A program made the position numbers and the translations under genes. From a virus (taxonomy: Duplodnaviria > Heunggongvirae > Uroviricota > Caudoviricetes), in the IMG/VR virus record IMGVR_UViG_2851955134_000005: a stretch of DNA of 46,544 nt. One strand, 5' to 3'. Below the pieces are notes generated by a model, which worked only from the letters and a program-made list of their open reading frames with translations, had not been told where the DNA came from and ran no database searches. Of the stretch, positions 27,342 to 38,200 are shown in pieces (positions within the stretch are counted from its first letter, which is position 1; every line of letters starts with the position of its first letter).

Positions 27342-27932
27342 ATGAAGGGGCTTGAGAATGCCATCCGCAATCTGAACAGCCTTGATACCCGTATGGTGCC
27401 ACAGGCCAGCGCATGGGCGATAAACCGTGTGGCACAGAAAGCGGTCTCGGTTGCCACCCGGCAGGTTGCCGGGAATACCGTTGCGGGAGATAACCAGGTG
27501 AAAGGGATCCCCCTGAAACTGGTACGTCAGCGTGTCCGGGTGTTTAAAGCCAGTCCGTCAGGAAAAATGACGGCCAGGATCCGCGTTAACCGGGGCAATC
27601 TGCCCGCCATCAAACTGAACACAACACGGCGGCGTGCTGGTGAAGGACTGAGAGTGGGAAAATACTTTTTCCGGGGGGCATTTGTTCAGCAACTGGCGAA
27701 TGGCCGCTGGCATGTTCTGAGGCGTCTTCCTGAAGCGCGTTTTGCAACAGGGCATGACCATCAGGGCAGGCCAAGAAAAAATCGTCTTCCTGTGGAGGTA
27801 GTGAAAATCCCGCTGTCCGGACCGCTGACACAGGCATTTGAAGATGCCCGCGACCGCATCATTGCTGCGGAAATGCCGAAACAGCTGGGGTATGCACTGA
27901 AACAACAACTGAGATTATGGCTGACCCGATGA
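27342..27932 (+). CDS. tail completion protein Z
   Basis: Size and position as lambda Z; followed by U and V. Confidence 0.75.
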   Translation: MKGLENAIRNLNSLDTRMVPQASAWAINRVAQKAVSVATRQVAGNTVAGDNQVKGIPLKLVRQRVRVFKASPSGKMTARIRVNRGNLPAIKLNTTRRRAGEGLRVGKYFFRGAFVQQLANGRWHVLRRLPEARFATGHDHQGRPRKNRLPVEVVKIPLSGPLTQAFEDARDRIIAAEMPKQLGYALKQQLRLWLTR

Positions 27933-28330
27933 ACCGACATACACAAATCCGCCAGGTCGTACTGGCACGCCTTCGGGAACAGTGTGGAGACAGCGCCACG
28001 TTTTTTGACGGGCTTCCGGCATTTATTGATGCGCAGGAACTGCCTGCCGTGGCGGTGTGGCTGAGTGATGCTCAGTACACCGGAAAAATGACGGATGAAG
28101 ATGACTGGCAGGCTGTTCTGCATATTGCCGTCTTCATCCGGGCACAGGCACCGGATTCAGAGCTGGATATGTGGATGGAGAGCACCATTTTTCCTGCCCT
28201 GAATGATATACCGGCACTTTCCGGACTCATCGACACCCTGATCCCACTCGGTTTTAACTATCAACGTGATAATGAGATGGCCACCTGGGCGATGGCGGAA
28301 ATCACGTACCAGATCACGTACACGAATTAA
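27929..28330 (+). CDS. tail terminator protein U
   Basis: ATFFDG...FPAVAV...DSELD.WMES...DIPALS shared with lambda U. Confidence 0.85.
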   Translation: MNRHTQIRQVVLARLREQCGDSATFFDGLPAFIDAQELPAVAVWLSDAQYTGKMTDEDDWQAVLHIAVFIRAQAPDSELDMWMESTIFPALNDIPALSGLIDTLIPLGFNYQRDNEMATWAMAEITYQITYTN

Positions 28331-28340
28331 GGAGGTGGTA

Positions 28341-29084
28341 ATGACCACACCAAATCCACTGGCAAAGACGAAAGGTGCGGGGACGACGTTCTGGATGTAT
28401 ACCGGCAACGGCGATGCGTTTGCGAATCCTTTGTCGGACACTGACTGGCTGCGTCTTGCGATGGTGAAGGATCTGCAACCTGGCGAAATGACCGCTGATG
28501 CAGAAGATGACACTTATCTCGATGATGAAGATGCAGACTGGAAAACGACAACCCAGGGGCAGAAATCCGTCGGTGATACTTCGGCGACGCTGGCCTGGCG
28601 TCCGGGTGACAGCGGGCAGAAAAAACTGGTTCAGTTGTTCGACTCCGGTGAAGTCTGCGCGTTTCGTATCAAATATCCCAACGGCACTGTTGATGTTTTC
28701 CGTGGCTGGCTGAGCTCACTGGGTAAAACCATTGCCTCAAAAGACGTGATGACCCGCACAGTGAAAATCAGCGGTGTGGGGCGTCCGTATCTGGCAGAGG
28801 AAGGCACTGAAACTGTGGGCGTTACCGGGCTGACGGTGGCACCGGCATCTGCCAGTGTAAAAGTGGGAGCAACCACCACGCTGACCTTTACAGTAAAACC
28901 TGACGGAGCCAGTGACAAAGCGATCAGTGTGCATTCGACAGATCCACAGACTGCCACGGTGACCCTGAACGGGCTTGTGGCCACGGTGAAAGGCGTGAAG
29001 CAGGGCAGTGTCAGCATTGTGGGCATGACTTCTGACGGCGATTTTGTGGCAGTGGCTGCGGTGGCTGTCAGCGCCGCAGGTTAA
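28341..29084 (+). CDS. major tail protein V with C-terminal Ig-like domain
   Basis: KGAGTT.W.Y.G.GD..ANPLSD.DW.RLA.VKDL.PGE.TA shared with lambda V; GGAGG RBS. Confidence 0.85.
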   Translation: MTTPNPLAKTKGAGTTFWMYTGNGDAFANPLSDTDWLRLAMVKDLQPGEMTADAEDDTYLDDEDADWKTTTQGQKSVGDTSATLAWRPGDSGQKKLVQLFDSGEVCAFRIKYPNGTVDVFRGWLSSLGKTIASKDVMTRTVKISGVGRPYLAEEGTETVGVTGLTVAPASASVKVGATTTLTFTVKPDGASDKAISVHSTDPQTATVTLNGLVATVKGVKQGSVSIVGMTSDGDFVAVAAVAVSAAG

Positions 29085-29104
29085 CAGGACGATACTCATC
29101 ATTT

Positions 29105-29128
29105 GCCCCGGTTATCCGGGGCTTTTTT
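29105..29128 (+). terminator. terminator-like hairpin between V and G
   Basis: GCCCCGG-ttat-CCGGGGC followed by six T. Confidence 0.55.
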
Positions 29129-29141
29129 GCAGGTGGAGAAC

Positions 29142-29531
29142 ATGATGTTTCTGAAACAGGGCACGTTTAATTATGAAAAGCAGTCCGTGGTGCTCAGTGA
29201 GCTATCCGGGCTGCAGAGAATTGAATATCTGGCGTTTGTTCAGCAGCGAACGGCAAAGTTTGATGCCGAAGAGGGAGAACTGCCGGAGGCTGAACGACAG
29301 ATTGCTTTTCTGCGGATGGGGATGGATATCAATGCCTGGCTGGTTTCCCGCTCACTGTGGAATGCGGAACAGTCTCAGGATGTTGAGACGCTTTGCGCAT
29401 CCGTTATTACAACATGGTCGTATGATGCCCTGGGAGCGGGGGCGGAGATGGTTCTGTCGCTGAGCGGTATGGGAGCCATTGAGAATGCCGGGGATTTGGA
29501 GCATGAGGTGCTGACGCCGGAAAAGTCCTGA
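29142..29531 (+). CDS. tail assembly chaperone G
   Basis: MMFLKQG... resembles lambda G; AGGTGGAG RBS. Confidence 0.8.
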   Translation: MMFLKQGTFNYEKQSVVLSELSGLQRIEYLAFVQQRTAKFDAEEGELPEAERQIAFLRMGMDINAWLVSRSLWNAEQSQDVETLCASVITTWSYDALGAGAEMVLSLSGMGAIENAGDLEHEVLTPEKS

Positions 29532-29869
29532 CGCGGGAAATGCAGTTTGTCATGCGGCTTGCCCGGGAGTTCCGGCGGGCAGACTGGCGGCGGATGCTGT
29601 CGGAAATGTCGGCCACTGAGCTTGGTGAGTGGGGCGATTATTTCCGGATGCAGAGCTTCAGTGATGTGTGGATGGATGCGCAGTTTGCCTCGCTGAAGGC
29701 ATTGATCGTGAGAATGGTGTCCGGTAGCAGTGATGCTGCGGTGGCTGATTTCAGCCTTTTACCGGAAGAGAACGGGATACCGGAGCGAACGGACGAAGAA
29801 CTGATGCATCTTGGGGAAGGTATTTCCGGAGGTGTGCGTTATGGACCAGATAGCCAACCTGGTCATTGA
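29142..29869 (+). CDS. G-T fusion produced by programmed -1 frameshift near 29517-29525
   Basis: T frame is -1 relative to G and stays open from 29519 to 29869; GGAAAAG at the G 3' end resembles the lambda GGGAAAG slip site. Confidence 0.5.
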
Positions 29870-32800
29870 TTTGGGGATTGATGCGGCAGAGTTTAAAAAT
29901 GAAATTCCCCGTATCAAAAACCTTCTGAATGGTGCAGCCAGCGATGCAGAACGGTCTTCTGCCCGTATGCAGCGTTTTATGGAGCGTCAGACTCAGGCCG
30001 CCCGGCAGACAATGCAGGCGGCTTCTTCGGCTGCAACAGCCGCATCCGTCCATGCGCAGACGGTGGAGAAGAGCGCACAGGCTCATGAACGCATGGCCCG
30101 CGAGGTGGAGCAAACCCGCCAGCGTATGGAGGCACTGAGCCAGAAAATGCGCGAGGAACAGGCGCAGGCCATGGCTCTGGCGGAGGCTCAGGATAAAGCG
30201 GCTGCCGCGTTTTATCGTCAGATTGACAGTGTGAAACAGGCCAGTGCGGGGCTGCAGGAATTACAGCGTATTCAGCAGCAGATCCGACAGGCCAGAAACA
30301 GTGGCGGGATTGGTCAGCAGGATTATCTGGCGCTGATTTCTGAGGTTACGGCGAAAACCCGTGTTCTTACGCAGGCTGAGGAAGAGGCTACCCGACAGAA
30401 AGTGGCGTTTATCCGTCAGCTTAAAGAGCAGGCAACCCGCCAGAATCTTTCTTCTTCTGAGTTGCTTCGTGCTAAGGCTGCCCAGCTGGGGGTAAGCAGT
30501 GCTGCAGAAGTGTATATCCGCAAAATGGAGCAGGCAGGAAAAGCCACGCATTCGCTGGGTCTGAAAAGTGCAGCGGCCCGCCAGGAGATAGGCGTTCTGA
30601 TAGGTGAACTGGCCCGCGGCAATTTAGGGGCGCTGAGGGGATCCGGGATAACGCTGGCTAACCGTGCCGGATGGATAGACACACTGATGTCACCGAAAGG
30701 CATGATGCTGGGCGGGGTTATTGGCGGTATTGCCGCGGCCGTCTATGGTCTGGGTAAAGCCTGGTATGATGGTCAGAAGGAGGGGGAAGAATTTAACCGC
30801 CAGTTGTCGCTGACGGGGCATTATGCCGGAGTCACTGCCGGGCAGCTGTGGACGCTTAGTCGTGCTATTTCCGGGAATGGTATCACGCAACATGCTGCAG
30901 CCGGTGCGCTGGCTCAGGTGGTGGGGAGTGGTGCATTTCGTGGAAGCGATATCGGTATGGTGGCGAGAGCTGCCGCACAGATGGAGCGATCGGTTGGCCA
31001 GTCGGTCAGCGATACCATAAATCAGTTTAAGCGGCTGAAGGATGATCCTGTAAATGCCGCGAAGGCTCTGGACAATGAGCTGCATTTTCTTACTGCCACT
31101 CAGCTTGAGCAGATACGCGTCCTTGGGGAGCAGGGGCGGTCCAGTGATGCTGCACGGATAGCCATGTCTGCACTGGCAGAGGAAACCGGTCGGCGTACTG
31201 CGGATATTGATAATAACCTCAATGCGCTTGGCAGTACGCTGAAGTATCTGTCTGATTTGTGGAGTCGTTTCTGGGATGCGGCCATGAATATTGGTCGTGA
31301 AGACTCGCTGGATGAACAGATTGCCGCTTTACAGGAGAAAGTGTCGCGGGCGAAAAGACTCCCCTGGACGGCATCATCTTCTCAGGTTGAATACGATCAG
31401 CAGCGTCTTAACGATCTTCAGGAGAAAAAACGCCAGAAGGATTTGCAGGATGCAAAAGAGCAGGCAGAGCGGAATTATCAGGAGCAACAGAAACGCCGTA
31501 ATGCTGAAAATGCTGCACTGAACCGGATGAATGAAACGGAAGCAGCACGACATCAGCGTGAAATTGCGCGTATTAATGCCATGCAGTACGCCGATCAGGC
31601 TGTCAGGGATGCGGCGATACAACGTGAAAATGAACGTTACGAGAAAGCCCTGGCATCCGGTAAGAAAAAAACACGTGAAACCCGTAATGATGAGGCCACC
31701 CGGTTATTGCTGCAGTACAGTCAGCAACAGGCACAGGTGGAAGGACAGATTGCTGCTGCCAGACAGTCAGCAGGCATTGCCACGGAAAGGATGACAGAAG
31801 CGCATAAACAGCTTCTGGCTCTGCAGCAGCGCATCAGCGACCTGGACGGGAAAAAACTGACGGCAGATGAAAAGAGTGTGCTGGCCCGTAAAGATGAACT
31901 GATTCAGGCACTGACGCTGCTGGATGTAAAACAGCAGGAGCTTCAGAAACAGACGGCACTCAACGAGCTGAAGAAAAAAACAATTCAGCTGACCAGTCAA
32001 CTGGCTGAAGAAGAGCGCGCTCAGCGTCAGCAACATGACCTGGATATCGCCACGGTGGGTATGGGTGATCAGCAGCGACAGCGATATCAGGTACAACTGA
32101 GTCTTCGCCAGAAATACCAGCAACAGCTGGAGCAGTTGAGGCGGGATAGTGAGCAGAAAGGGACATATAACACGGATGACTACAGAAAGGCCGAGCAGGC
32201 GCTGACGGAGAGCCTGAACCGACAACTGAATGAGAATCGCCGTTACTGGCAACAGCTTGAAGTTGTGCAGGGTAACTGGAAAAACGGAGTCCTGCGTGCA
32301 TTTCAGGATTTTACCGTGGATGCAGATAATACGGCAGAAACAGCAGAACAGGTGTTCTCGTCAGCCTTCAGCAACATGGGAAATGGCCTGGCAACTTTTG
32401 TCACTACCGGCAAACTCAATTTCAAATCCTTCACCTCTTCTGTGCTGTCAGATATGGCGAAAATCCTGGCGCAGGCAACCATGATGAAATCGATAAAAGG
32501 GATTGGCAGTGTACTGGGATTTGATCTCAGCAGCCTTTCCCTGAATGCCAATGGGGGGATTTATCAGTCTGCTGATTTGAGTCGTTACAGTGGCACGGTG
32601 GTTAACCGTCCGACGTTTTTTGCTTTTGCAAAAGGCGCGGGTGTGATGGGGGAAGCGGGACCTGAAGCCATTCTGCCATTGCGTCGTGGTGCTGACGGTA
32701 AGCTGGGGGTTGTGGCGGATATTGGTGGTTCAGGTATGGCGATGTTTGCCCCGCAGTACAACATCGAGATCAATAACGATGGCACGAACGGGCAGATAGG

Positions 32801-32906
32801 TCCGGCTGCCCTGAAGGTGGTTTATGACCTTGGGAAAAAAGCGGCAGCGGACTTTATGCAACAGCAGGCCCGTGATGGTGGTCGGTTAAGTGGAGCATAT
32901 CGGTAA
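29841..32906 (+). CDS. tail tape measure protein H
   Basis: 1021 aa; C-terminus INNDGTNGQIGPAALKVVYD matches the lambda H C-terminus. Confidence 0.85.
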   Translation: MDQIANLVIDLGIDAAEFKNEIPRIKNLLNGAASDAERSSARMQRFMERQTQAARQTMQAASSAATAASVHAQTVEKSAQAHERMAREVEQTRQRMEALSQKMREEQAQAMALAEAQDKAAAAFYRQIDSVKQASAGLQELQRIQQQIRQARNSGGIGQQDYLALISEVTAKTRVLTQAEEEATRQKVAFIRQLKEQATRQNLSSSELLRAKAAQLGVSSAAEVYIRKMEQAGKATHSLGLKSAAARQEIGVLIGELARGNLGALRGSGITLANRAGWIDTLMSPKGMMLGGVIGGIAAAVYGLGKAWYDGQKEGEEFNRQLSLTGHYAGVTAGQLWTLSRAISGNGITQHAAAGALAQVVGSGAFRGSDIGMVARAAAQMERSVGQSVSDTINQFKRLKDDPVNAAKALDNELHFLTATQLEQIRVLGEQGRSSDAARIAMSALAEETGRRTADIDNNLNALGSTLKYLSDLWSRFWDAAMNIGREDSLDEQIAALQEKVSRAKRLPWTASSSQVEYDQQRLNDLQEKKRQKDLQDAKEQAERNYQEQQKRRNAENAALNRMNETEAARHQREIARINAMQYADQAVRDAAIQRENERYEKALASGKKKTRETRNDEATRLLLQYSQQQAQVEGQIAAARQSAGIATERMTEAHKQLLALQQRISDLDGKKLTADEKSVLARKDELIQALTLLDVKQQELQKQTALNELKKKTIQLTSQLAEEERAQRQQHDLDIATVGMGDQQRQRYQVQLSLRQKYQQQLEQLRRDSEQKGTYNTDDYRKAEQALTESLNRQLNENRRYWQQLEVVQGNWKNGVLRAFQDFTVDADNTAETAEQVFSSAFSNMGNGLATFVTTGKLNFKSFTSSVLSDMAKILAQATMMKSIKGIGSVLGFDLSSLSLNANGGIYQSADLSRYSGTVVNRPTFFAFAKGAGVMGEAGPEAILPLRRGADGKLGVVADIGGSGMAMFAPQYNIEINNDGTNGQIGPAALKVVYDLGKKAAADFMQQQARDGGRLSGAYR

Positions 32907-33235
32907 TGGAGACGTTTCACTGGAAAGTGCGCCCGGATATGAATGTGGTATCAGAGCCGAAAGTGGTGACAGTGAAGCTGGGCGATGGTTATGAACAGCG
33001 TCGTGCGGCGGGACTGAATAACCAGTTGTCGACTTACAGCGTGACGATACGTGTTCGTAAATGTGAACACCCATCTTTAAAAGCCTTTCTGGAACGGCAC
33101 GGTGGCGTCCGCGCATTTCAGTGGACGCCACCTTATGACTGGAAACCGATTAGGGTGGTTTGTCGTAAATGGTCGGCAAGCGTGGGGGCGCTGTGGGTAA
33201 CCATAACGGCAGATTTTGAACAGGTCGTGGCATAG
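32906..33235 (+). CDS. minor tail protein M
   Basis: 109 aa, same as lambda M; FHWKVRP...GDGY.QR...TYSV...FLE.HGG...W.PPY.W. Confidence 0.85.
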   Translation: METFHWKVRPDMNVVSEPKVVTVKLGDGYEQRRAAGLNNQLSTYSVTIRVRKCEHPSLKAFLERHGGVRAFQWTPPYDWKPIRVVCRKWSASVGALWVTITADFEQVVA

Positions 33236-33244
33236 GAGGCTCTG

Positions 33245-33943
33245 GTGCAGGATATTCCACAGGAAACACATCATGAGACGACACTCCTCACTCAGTCAGC
33301 CCAGGTGGTGCTCTGGGAAATCGATCTGACAGAGGTCGGTGGTGAACGTTATTTTTTCTGTAATGAGCAGAACGAAAAAGGTGAGCCGGTTACCTGGCAG
33401 GGGCGGCAGTATCAGGCATACCCCATTCAGGGGACGGGATTTGAACTGAACGGCAAGGGCAGTGCTGCCCGTCCGACACTGACGGTTTCTAACCTGCACG
33501 GCATGGTCACGGGGATGGCGGAAGACCTGCAGAGTCTGGTCGGCGGAACGGTGGTCAGGCGTAAGGTTTACGCCCGTTTTCTGGATGCGGTGAACTTCGT
33601 CAACGGAAACAGCGACGCCGATCCGGAGCAGGAGGTGATCAGCCGCTGGCGCATAGAGCAGTGCAGCGAACTGAGTGCGGTCAGTGCCTCCTTTGTGTTG
33701 TCCACACCGACGGAAACGGATGGTGCCGTTTTTCCGGGACGTATCATGCTGGCCAACACCTGCACCTGGACCTATCGCGGCGATGAGTGCGGTTATAGCG
33801 GTCCGGCGGTCGCGGATGAATATGACCAGCCGACGTCCGATATCACGAAGGATAAATGCAGCAAATGCCTGAGTGGCTGTAAGTTTCGCAATAATGTCGG
33901 CAACTTTGGCGGCTTCCTTTCCATTAACAAACTTTCGCAGTAA
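33245..33943 (+). CDS. minor tail protein L (GTG start)
   Basis: 232 aa as lambda L; AGGAGG RBS. Confidence 0.85.
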   Translation: MQDIPQETHHETTLLTQSAQVVLWEIDLTEVGGERYFFCNEQNEKGEPVTWQGRQYQAYPIQGTGFELNGKGSAARPTLTVSNLHGMVTGMAEDLQSLVGGTVVRRKVYARFLDAVNFVNGNSDADPEQEVISRWRIEQCSELSAVSASFVLSTPTETDGAVFPGRIMLANTCTWTYRGDECGYSGPAVADEYDQPTSDITKDKCSKCLSGCKFRNNVGNFGGFLSINKLSQ

Positions 33944-33948
33944 ATCCC

Positions 33949-34692
33949 ATGACAGAGACAGAATCAGCGATTCTGGCGCACGCCCGGCGATGTGCGCCAG
34001 AGGAGTCGTGCGGCTTCGTGGTGAGAACACCGGAGGGGGAAAGATATTTTCCCTGCGTGAATATCTCCGGTGAGCCGGAGGAGTATTTCCGGATGTCGCC
34101 GGAGGACTGGCTGCGGGCAGAGATGCAGGGTGAGATTGTGGCGCTGGTCCACAGCCACCCCGGTGGTCTGCCCTGGCTGAGTGAGGCTGACCGGCGGCTG
34201 CAGGTGCAGAGTGATTTGCCGTGGTGGCTGGTCTGCCGGGGTGAGATTCATAAATTCCGCTGTGTGCCGCATCTCACCGGGCGGCGCTTTGAGCACGGGG
34301 TGACGGACTGTTACACGCTGTTCCGGGATGCTTACCATCTGGCGGGGATTGAGATGCCGGATTTTCATCGTGAGGATGACTGGTGGCGTCACGGTCAGAA
34401 TCTCTATCTGGATAATCTGGAGGCAACGGGGCTATATCAGGTGCCGTTGTCAGCGGCGCAGCCGGGCGATGTGCTGCTGTGCTGTTTTGGTTCATCGGTG
34501 CCGAATCATGCCGCTATTTACTGCGGCGACGGCGAGCTGCTGCACCATATTCCTGAACAACTGAGCAAACGAGAGAGGTATACCGACAAATGGCAGCGAC
34601 GCACACACTCCCTCTGGCGTCACCGGGCATGGCACGCATCTGCCTTTACGGGGATTTGCAACGATTTGGCCGCCGCATCGACCTTCGTGTGA
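33949..34692 (+). CDS. tail tip assembly protein K (MPN/JAB plus NlpC/P60-like)
   Basis: HSHPGG motif (JAB) and Cys/His hydrolase motifs; position. Confidence 0.85.
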   Translation: MTETESAILAHARRCAPEESCGFVVRTPEGERYFPCVNISGEPEEYFRMSPEDWLRAEMQGEIVALVHSHPGGLPWLSEADRRLQVQSDLPWWLVCRGEIHKFRCVPHLTGRRFEHGVTDCYTLFRDAYHLAGIEMPDFHREDDWWRHGQNLYLDNLEATGLYQVPLSAAQPGDVLLCCFGSSVPNHAAIYCGDGELLHHIPEQLSKRERYTDKWQRRTHSLWRHRAWHASAFTGICNDLAAASTFV

Positions 34693-35237
34693 AAACGGGG
34701 GCCGAAGCCATCCGGGCGCTGGCCACACAGCTCCCGGCGTTTCGTCAGAAACTGAATGAGGGCTGGTATCAGGTGCGCATTGCCGGGCGTGATGCAGGCG
34801 AAAATGAATTATCTGCCCGTCTTAATGAGCCGCTGGCAAATGGTGCCGTGATCCACATCGTGCCGCGTCTGGCGGGAGCTAAAAGTGGCGGTGTGTTTCA
34901 GGTGGTGCTTGGGGCGGCGCTGATTGCGGTGGCATGGTGGAATCCTGTGAGTTGGCTGGGTGCCGCGGCTGTATCGGGCATGTATGCGGCAGGGGCCAGT
35001 ATGATCCTGGGCGGAGTGGCGCAGATGCTGGCACCGAAAGCCAGGACGCCCACGGCAGCAAGTACAGATAACGGCAAACAGAACACCTATTTCTCCTCAC
35101 TGGATAACATGGTTGCCCAGGGCAATGTTCTGCCCGTTCTGTACGGTGAAATGCGCGTGGGGTCGCGGGTGGTCTCTCAGGAGATCAGCACGGCAGACGA
35201 AGGGGATGGTGGTCAGGTTGTGGTGATTGGTCGCTGA
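34590..35237 (+). CDS. tail tip assembly protein I
   Basis: Overlaps K by about 100 nt as in lambda; position. Confidence 0.75.
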   Translation: MAATHTLPLASPGMARICLYGDLQRFGRRIDLRVKTGAEAIRALATQLPAFRQKLNEGWYQVRIAGRDAGENELSARLNEPLANGAVIHIVPRLAGAKSGGVFQVVLGAALIAVAWWNPVSWLGAAAVSGMYAAGASMILGGVAQMLAPKARTPTAASTDNGKQNTYFSSLDNMVAQGNVLPVLYGEMRVGSRVVSQEISTADEGDGGQVVVIGR

Positions 35238-35254
35238 TGAAAAACGTTTATGTG

Positions 35255-35280
35255 AAACCGCCTGCGGGCGGTTTTGTCGT
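35255..35280 (+). terminator. terminator-like hairpin between I and J (possible attenuator)
   Basis: AAACCGCC-tgcg-GGCGGTTT followed by T-rich tract. Confidence 0.3.
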
Positions 35281-35296
35281 TTATGGAGCGTGAGGA

Positions 35297-38200
35297 ATGG
35301 GTAAAGGCAGCAGTAAGGGGCATACTCCGCGCGAAGCGAAGGACAACCTGAAGTCCACGCAGTTGCTGAGTGTGATTGATGCCATCAGCGAAGGGCCGGT
35401 TGAAGGTCCGGTGGAGGGATTAAAAAGCGTGCTGCTGAACAGTACGCCAGTGCTGGACAGTGAGGGGAATACCAATATCTCCGGCGTCACGGTGGTGTTC
35501 CGGGCAGGTGAGCAGGAGCAGACACCGCCGGAAGGTTTTGAATCCTCCGGCTCCGAGACTGCGCTGGGTACGGAAGTGAAATATGACACGCCGATCACCC
35601 GCACCATCACGTCGGCAAACATCGACCGTCTGCGCTTTACCTTCGGTGTGCAGGCACTGGTGGAAACCACCTCAAAGGGGGACCGGAATCCGTCGGAAGT
35701 CCGCCTGCTGGTTCAGATACAGCGTAACGGTGGCTGGGTGACGGAAAAAGATATCACCATTAAAGGCAAAACCACCTCGCAGTATCTGGCCTCGGTGGTG
35801 GTGGATAACCTGCCGCCGCGCCCGTTTAATATCCGGATGCGCAGGATGACGCCGGACAGCACCACAGACCAGCTGCAGAACAAAACGCTCTGGTCGTCAT
35901 ACACCGAAATCATCGATGTGAAACAGTGCTACCCGAACACGGCACTGGTCGGCGTGCAGGTGGACTCGGAGCAGTTCGGCAGCCAGCAGGTGAGCCGTAA
36001 TTATCATCTGCGCGGGCGTATTCTGCAGGTGCCGTCGAATTATAACCCGCAGACGCGGCAATACAGCGGTATCTGGGACGGAACGTTTAAACCGGCATAC
36101 AGCAACAACATGGCCTGGTGTCTGTGGGATATGCTGACCCATCCGCGCTACGGCATGGGGAAACGTCTTGGTGCGGCGGATGTGGATAAATGGGCGCTGT
36201 ATGTCATCGGCCAGTACTGCGACCAGTCAGTGCCGGACGGCTTTGGCGGCATGGAGCCGCGCATCACCTGTAATGCGTACCTGACCACACAGCGCAAGGC
36301 GTGGGATGTGCTCAGTGATTTCTGCTCGGCGATGCGCTGTATGCCGGTATGGAACGGGCAGACGCTGACGTTCGTGCAGGACCGACCATCAGATAAGGTG
36401 TGGACCTATAACCGCAGTAATGTGGTGATGCCGGATGATGGCGCGCCGTTCCGCTACAGCTTCAGCGCCCTGAAGGACCGCCATAATGCCGTTGAGGTGA
36501 ACTGGATTGACCCGAACAACGGCTGGGAGACGGCGACAGAGCTTGTTGAAGATACGCAGGCCATTGCCCGTTACGGTCGTAATGTTACGAAGATGGATGC
36601 CTTTGGCTGTACCAGCCGGGGGCAGGCGCACCGCGCCGGGCTGTGGCTGATTAAAACGGAACTGCTGGAAACGCAGACCGTGGACTTCAGCGTGGGTGCC
36701 GAAGGGCTTCGCCATGTACCGGGCGATGTCATTGAAATCTGTGATGATGACTATGCCGGTATCAGCATCGGTGGTCGCGTGCTGGCGGTGAACAGCCAGA
36801 CCCGGACGCTGACGCTCGACCGTGAAATCACGCTGCCATCCTCCGGTACCACGCTGATAAGCCTGGTTGACGGAAGTGGCAATCCGGTCAGCGTGGAGGT
36901 TCAGTCCGTCACCGACGGCGTGAAGGTAAAAGTGAGCCGTGTTCCTGACGGTGTTGCCGAATACAGCGTATGGGGGCTGAAGCTGCCGACGCTGCGCCAG
37001 CGCCTGTTCCGCTGTGTGAGTATCCGTGAGAACGATGACGGCACGTATGCCATCACTGCCGTGCAGCATGTGCCGGAGAAAGAAGCCATCGTGGATAACG
37101 GGGCGCACTTTGACGGCGACCAGAGCGGCACGGTGAATGGTGTCACGCCGCCAGCGGTGCAGCACCTGACCGCCGAAGTCACCGCAGACAGCGGGGAATA
37201 CCAGGTGCTGGCGCGCTGGGACACGCCGAAGGTGGTGAAGGGCGTGAGCTTCCTGCTCCGTCTGACCGTGGCAGCGGACGACGGCAGTGAGCGGCTGGTC
37301 AGCACGGCCAGGACGACGGAAACCACATACCGCTTCAGGCAACTGGCGCTGGGGAACTACAGGCTGACAGTCCGGGCAGTAAATGCGTGGGGGCAGCAGG
37401 GCGATCCGGCGTCGGTATCGTTCCGGATTGCCGCACCGGCAGCGCCGTCGCGGATTGAGCTGACGCCGGGCTATTTTCAGATAACTGCCACGCCGTATCT
37501 TGCGGTTTATGATCCGACGGTACAGTTTGAGTTCTGGTTCTCGGAAAAGCGGATTGCGGATATCAGGCAGGTTGAAACCACAGCACGCTATCTTGGCACG
37601 GCGCTGTACTGGATAGCCGCCAGTATCAATATCAAACCGGGCCATGATTATTACTTTTATATCCGCAGTGTGAACACCGTTGGCAAATCGGCATTTGTGG
37701 AGGCTGTTGGCCAGCCGAGTGATGATGCATCCGGCTATCTGGATTTTTTCAAAGGAGAGATAGGGCAAAGCCATCTGGCTCAGGAGCTGTGGACGCAGAT
37801 TGATAACGGTCAGCTTGCGCCTGACCTGGCTGAAATCAGGACGTCCATTACGGATGTCAGCAATGAAATCACGCAGACCGTCAATAAGAAACTGGAAGAC
37901 CAGAGTGCGGCAATTCAGCAGATACAGAAGGTTCAGGTTGATACAAATAATAACCTGAACAGCATGTGGGCTGTGAAGCTGCAGCAGATGCAGGACGGAC
38001 GCCTTTATATCGCGGGTATTGGTGCCGGTATTGAGAATACCCCTGACGGCATGCAGAGTCAGGTGCTGCTGGCGGCGGACAGGATTGCGATGATTAATCC
38101 TGCGAATGGCAACACAAAGCCGATGTTTGTTGGTCAGGGCGATCAGATATTTATGAATGAAGTGTTCCTGAAATATCTGACGGCTCCCACCATTACCAGC

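Noticed and set aside
29103-29141. ORF-track start of G at 29103
   Set aside because: The extension runs through a terminator hairpin; the start at 29142 has a proper RBS and matches the lambda G N-terminus.
36389-37774. 461-aa minus-strand ORF antisense to J, plus other antisense frames in the tail genes
   Set aside because: Antisense open frames in GC-rich coding sequence; J is clearly the coding strand.
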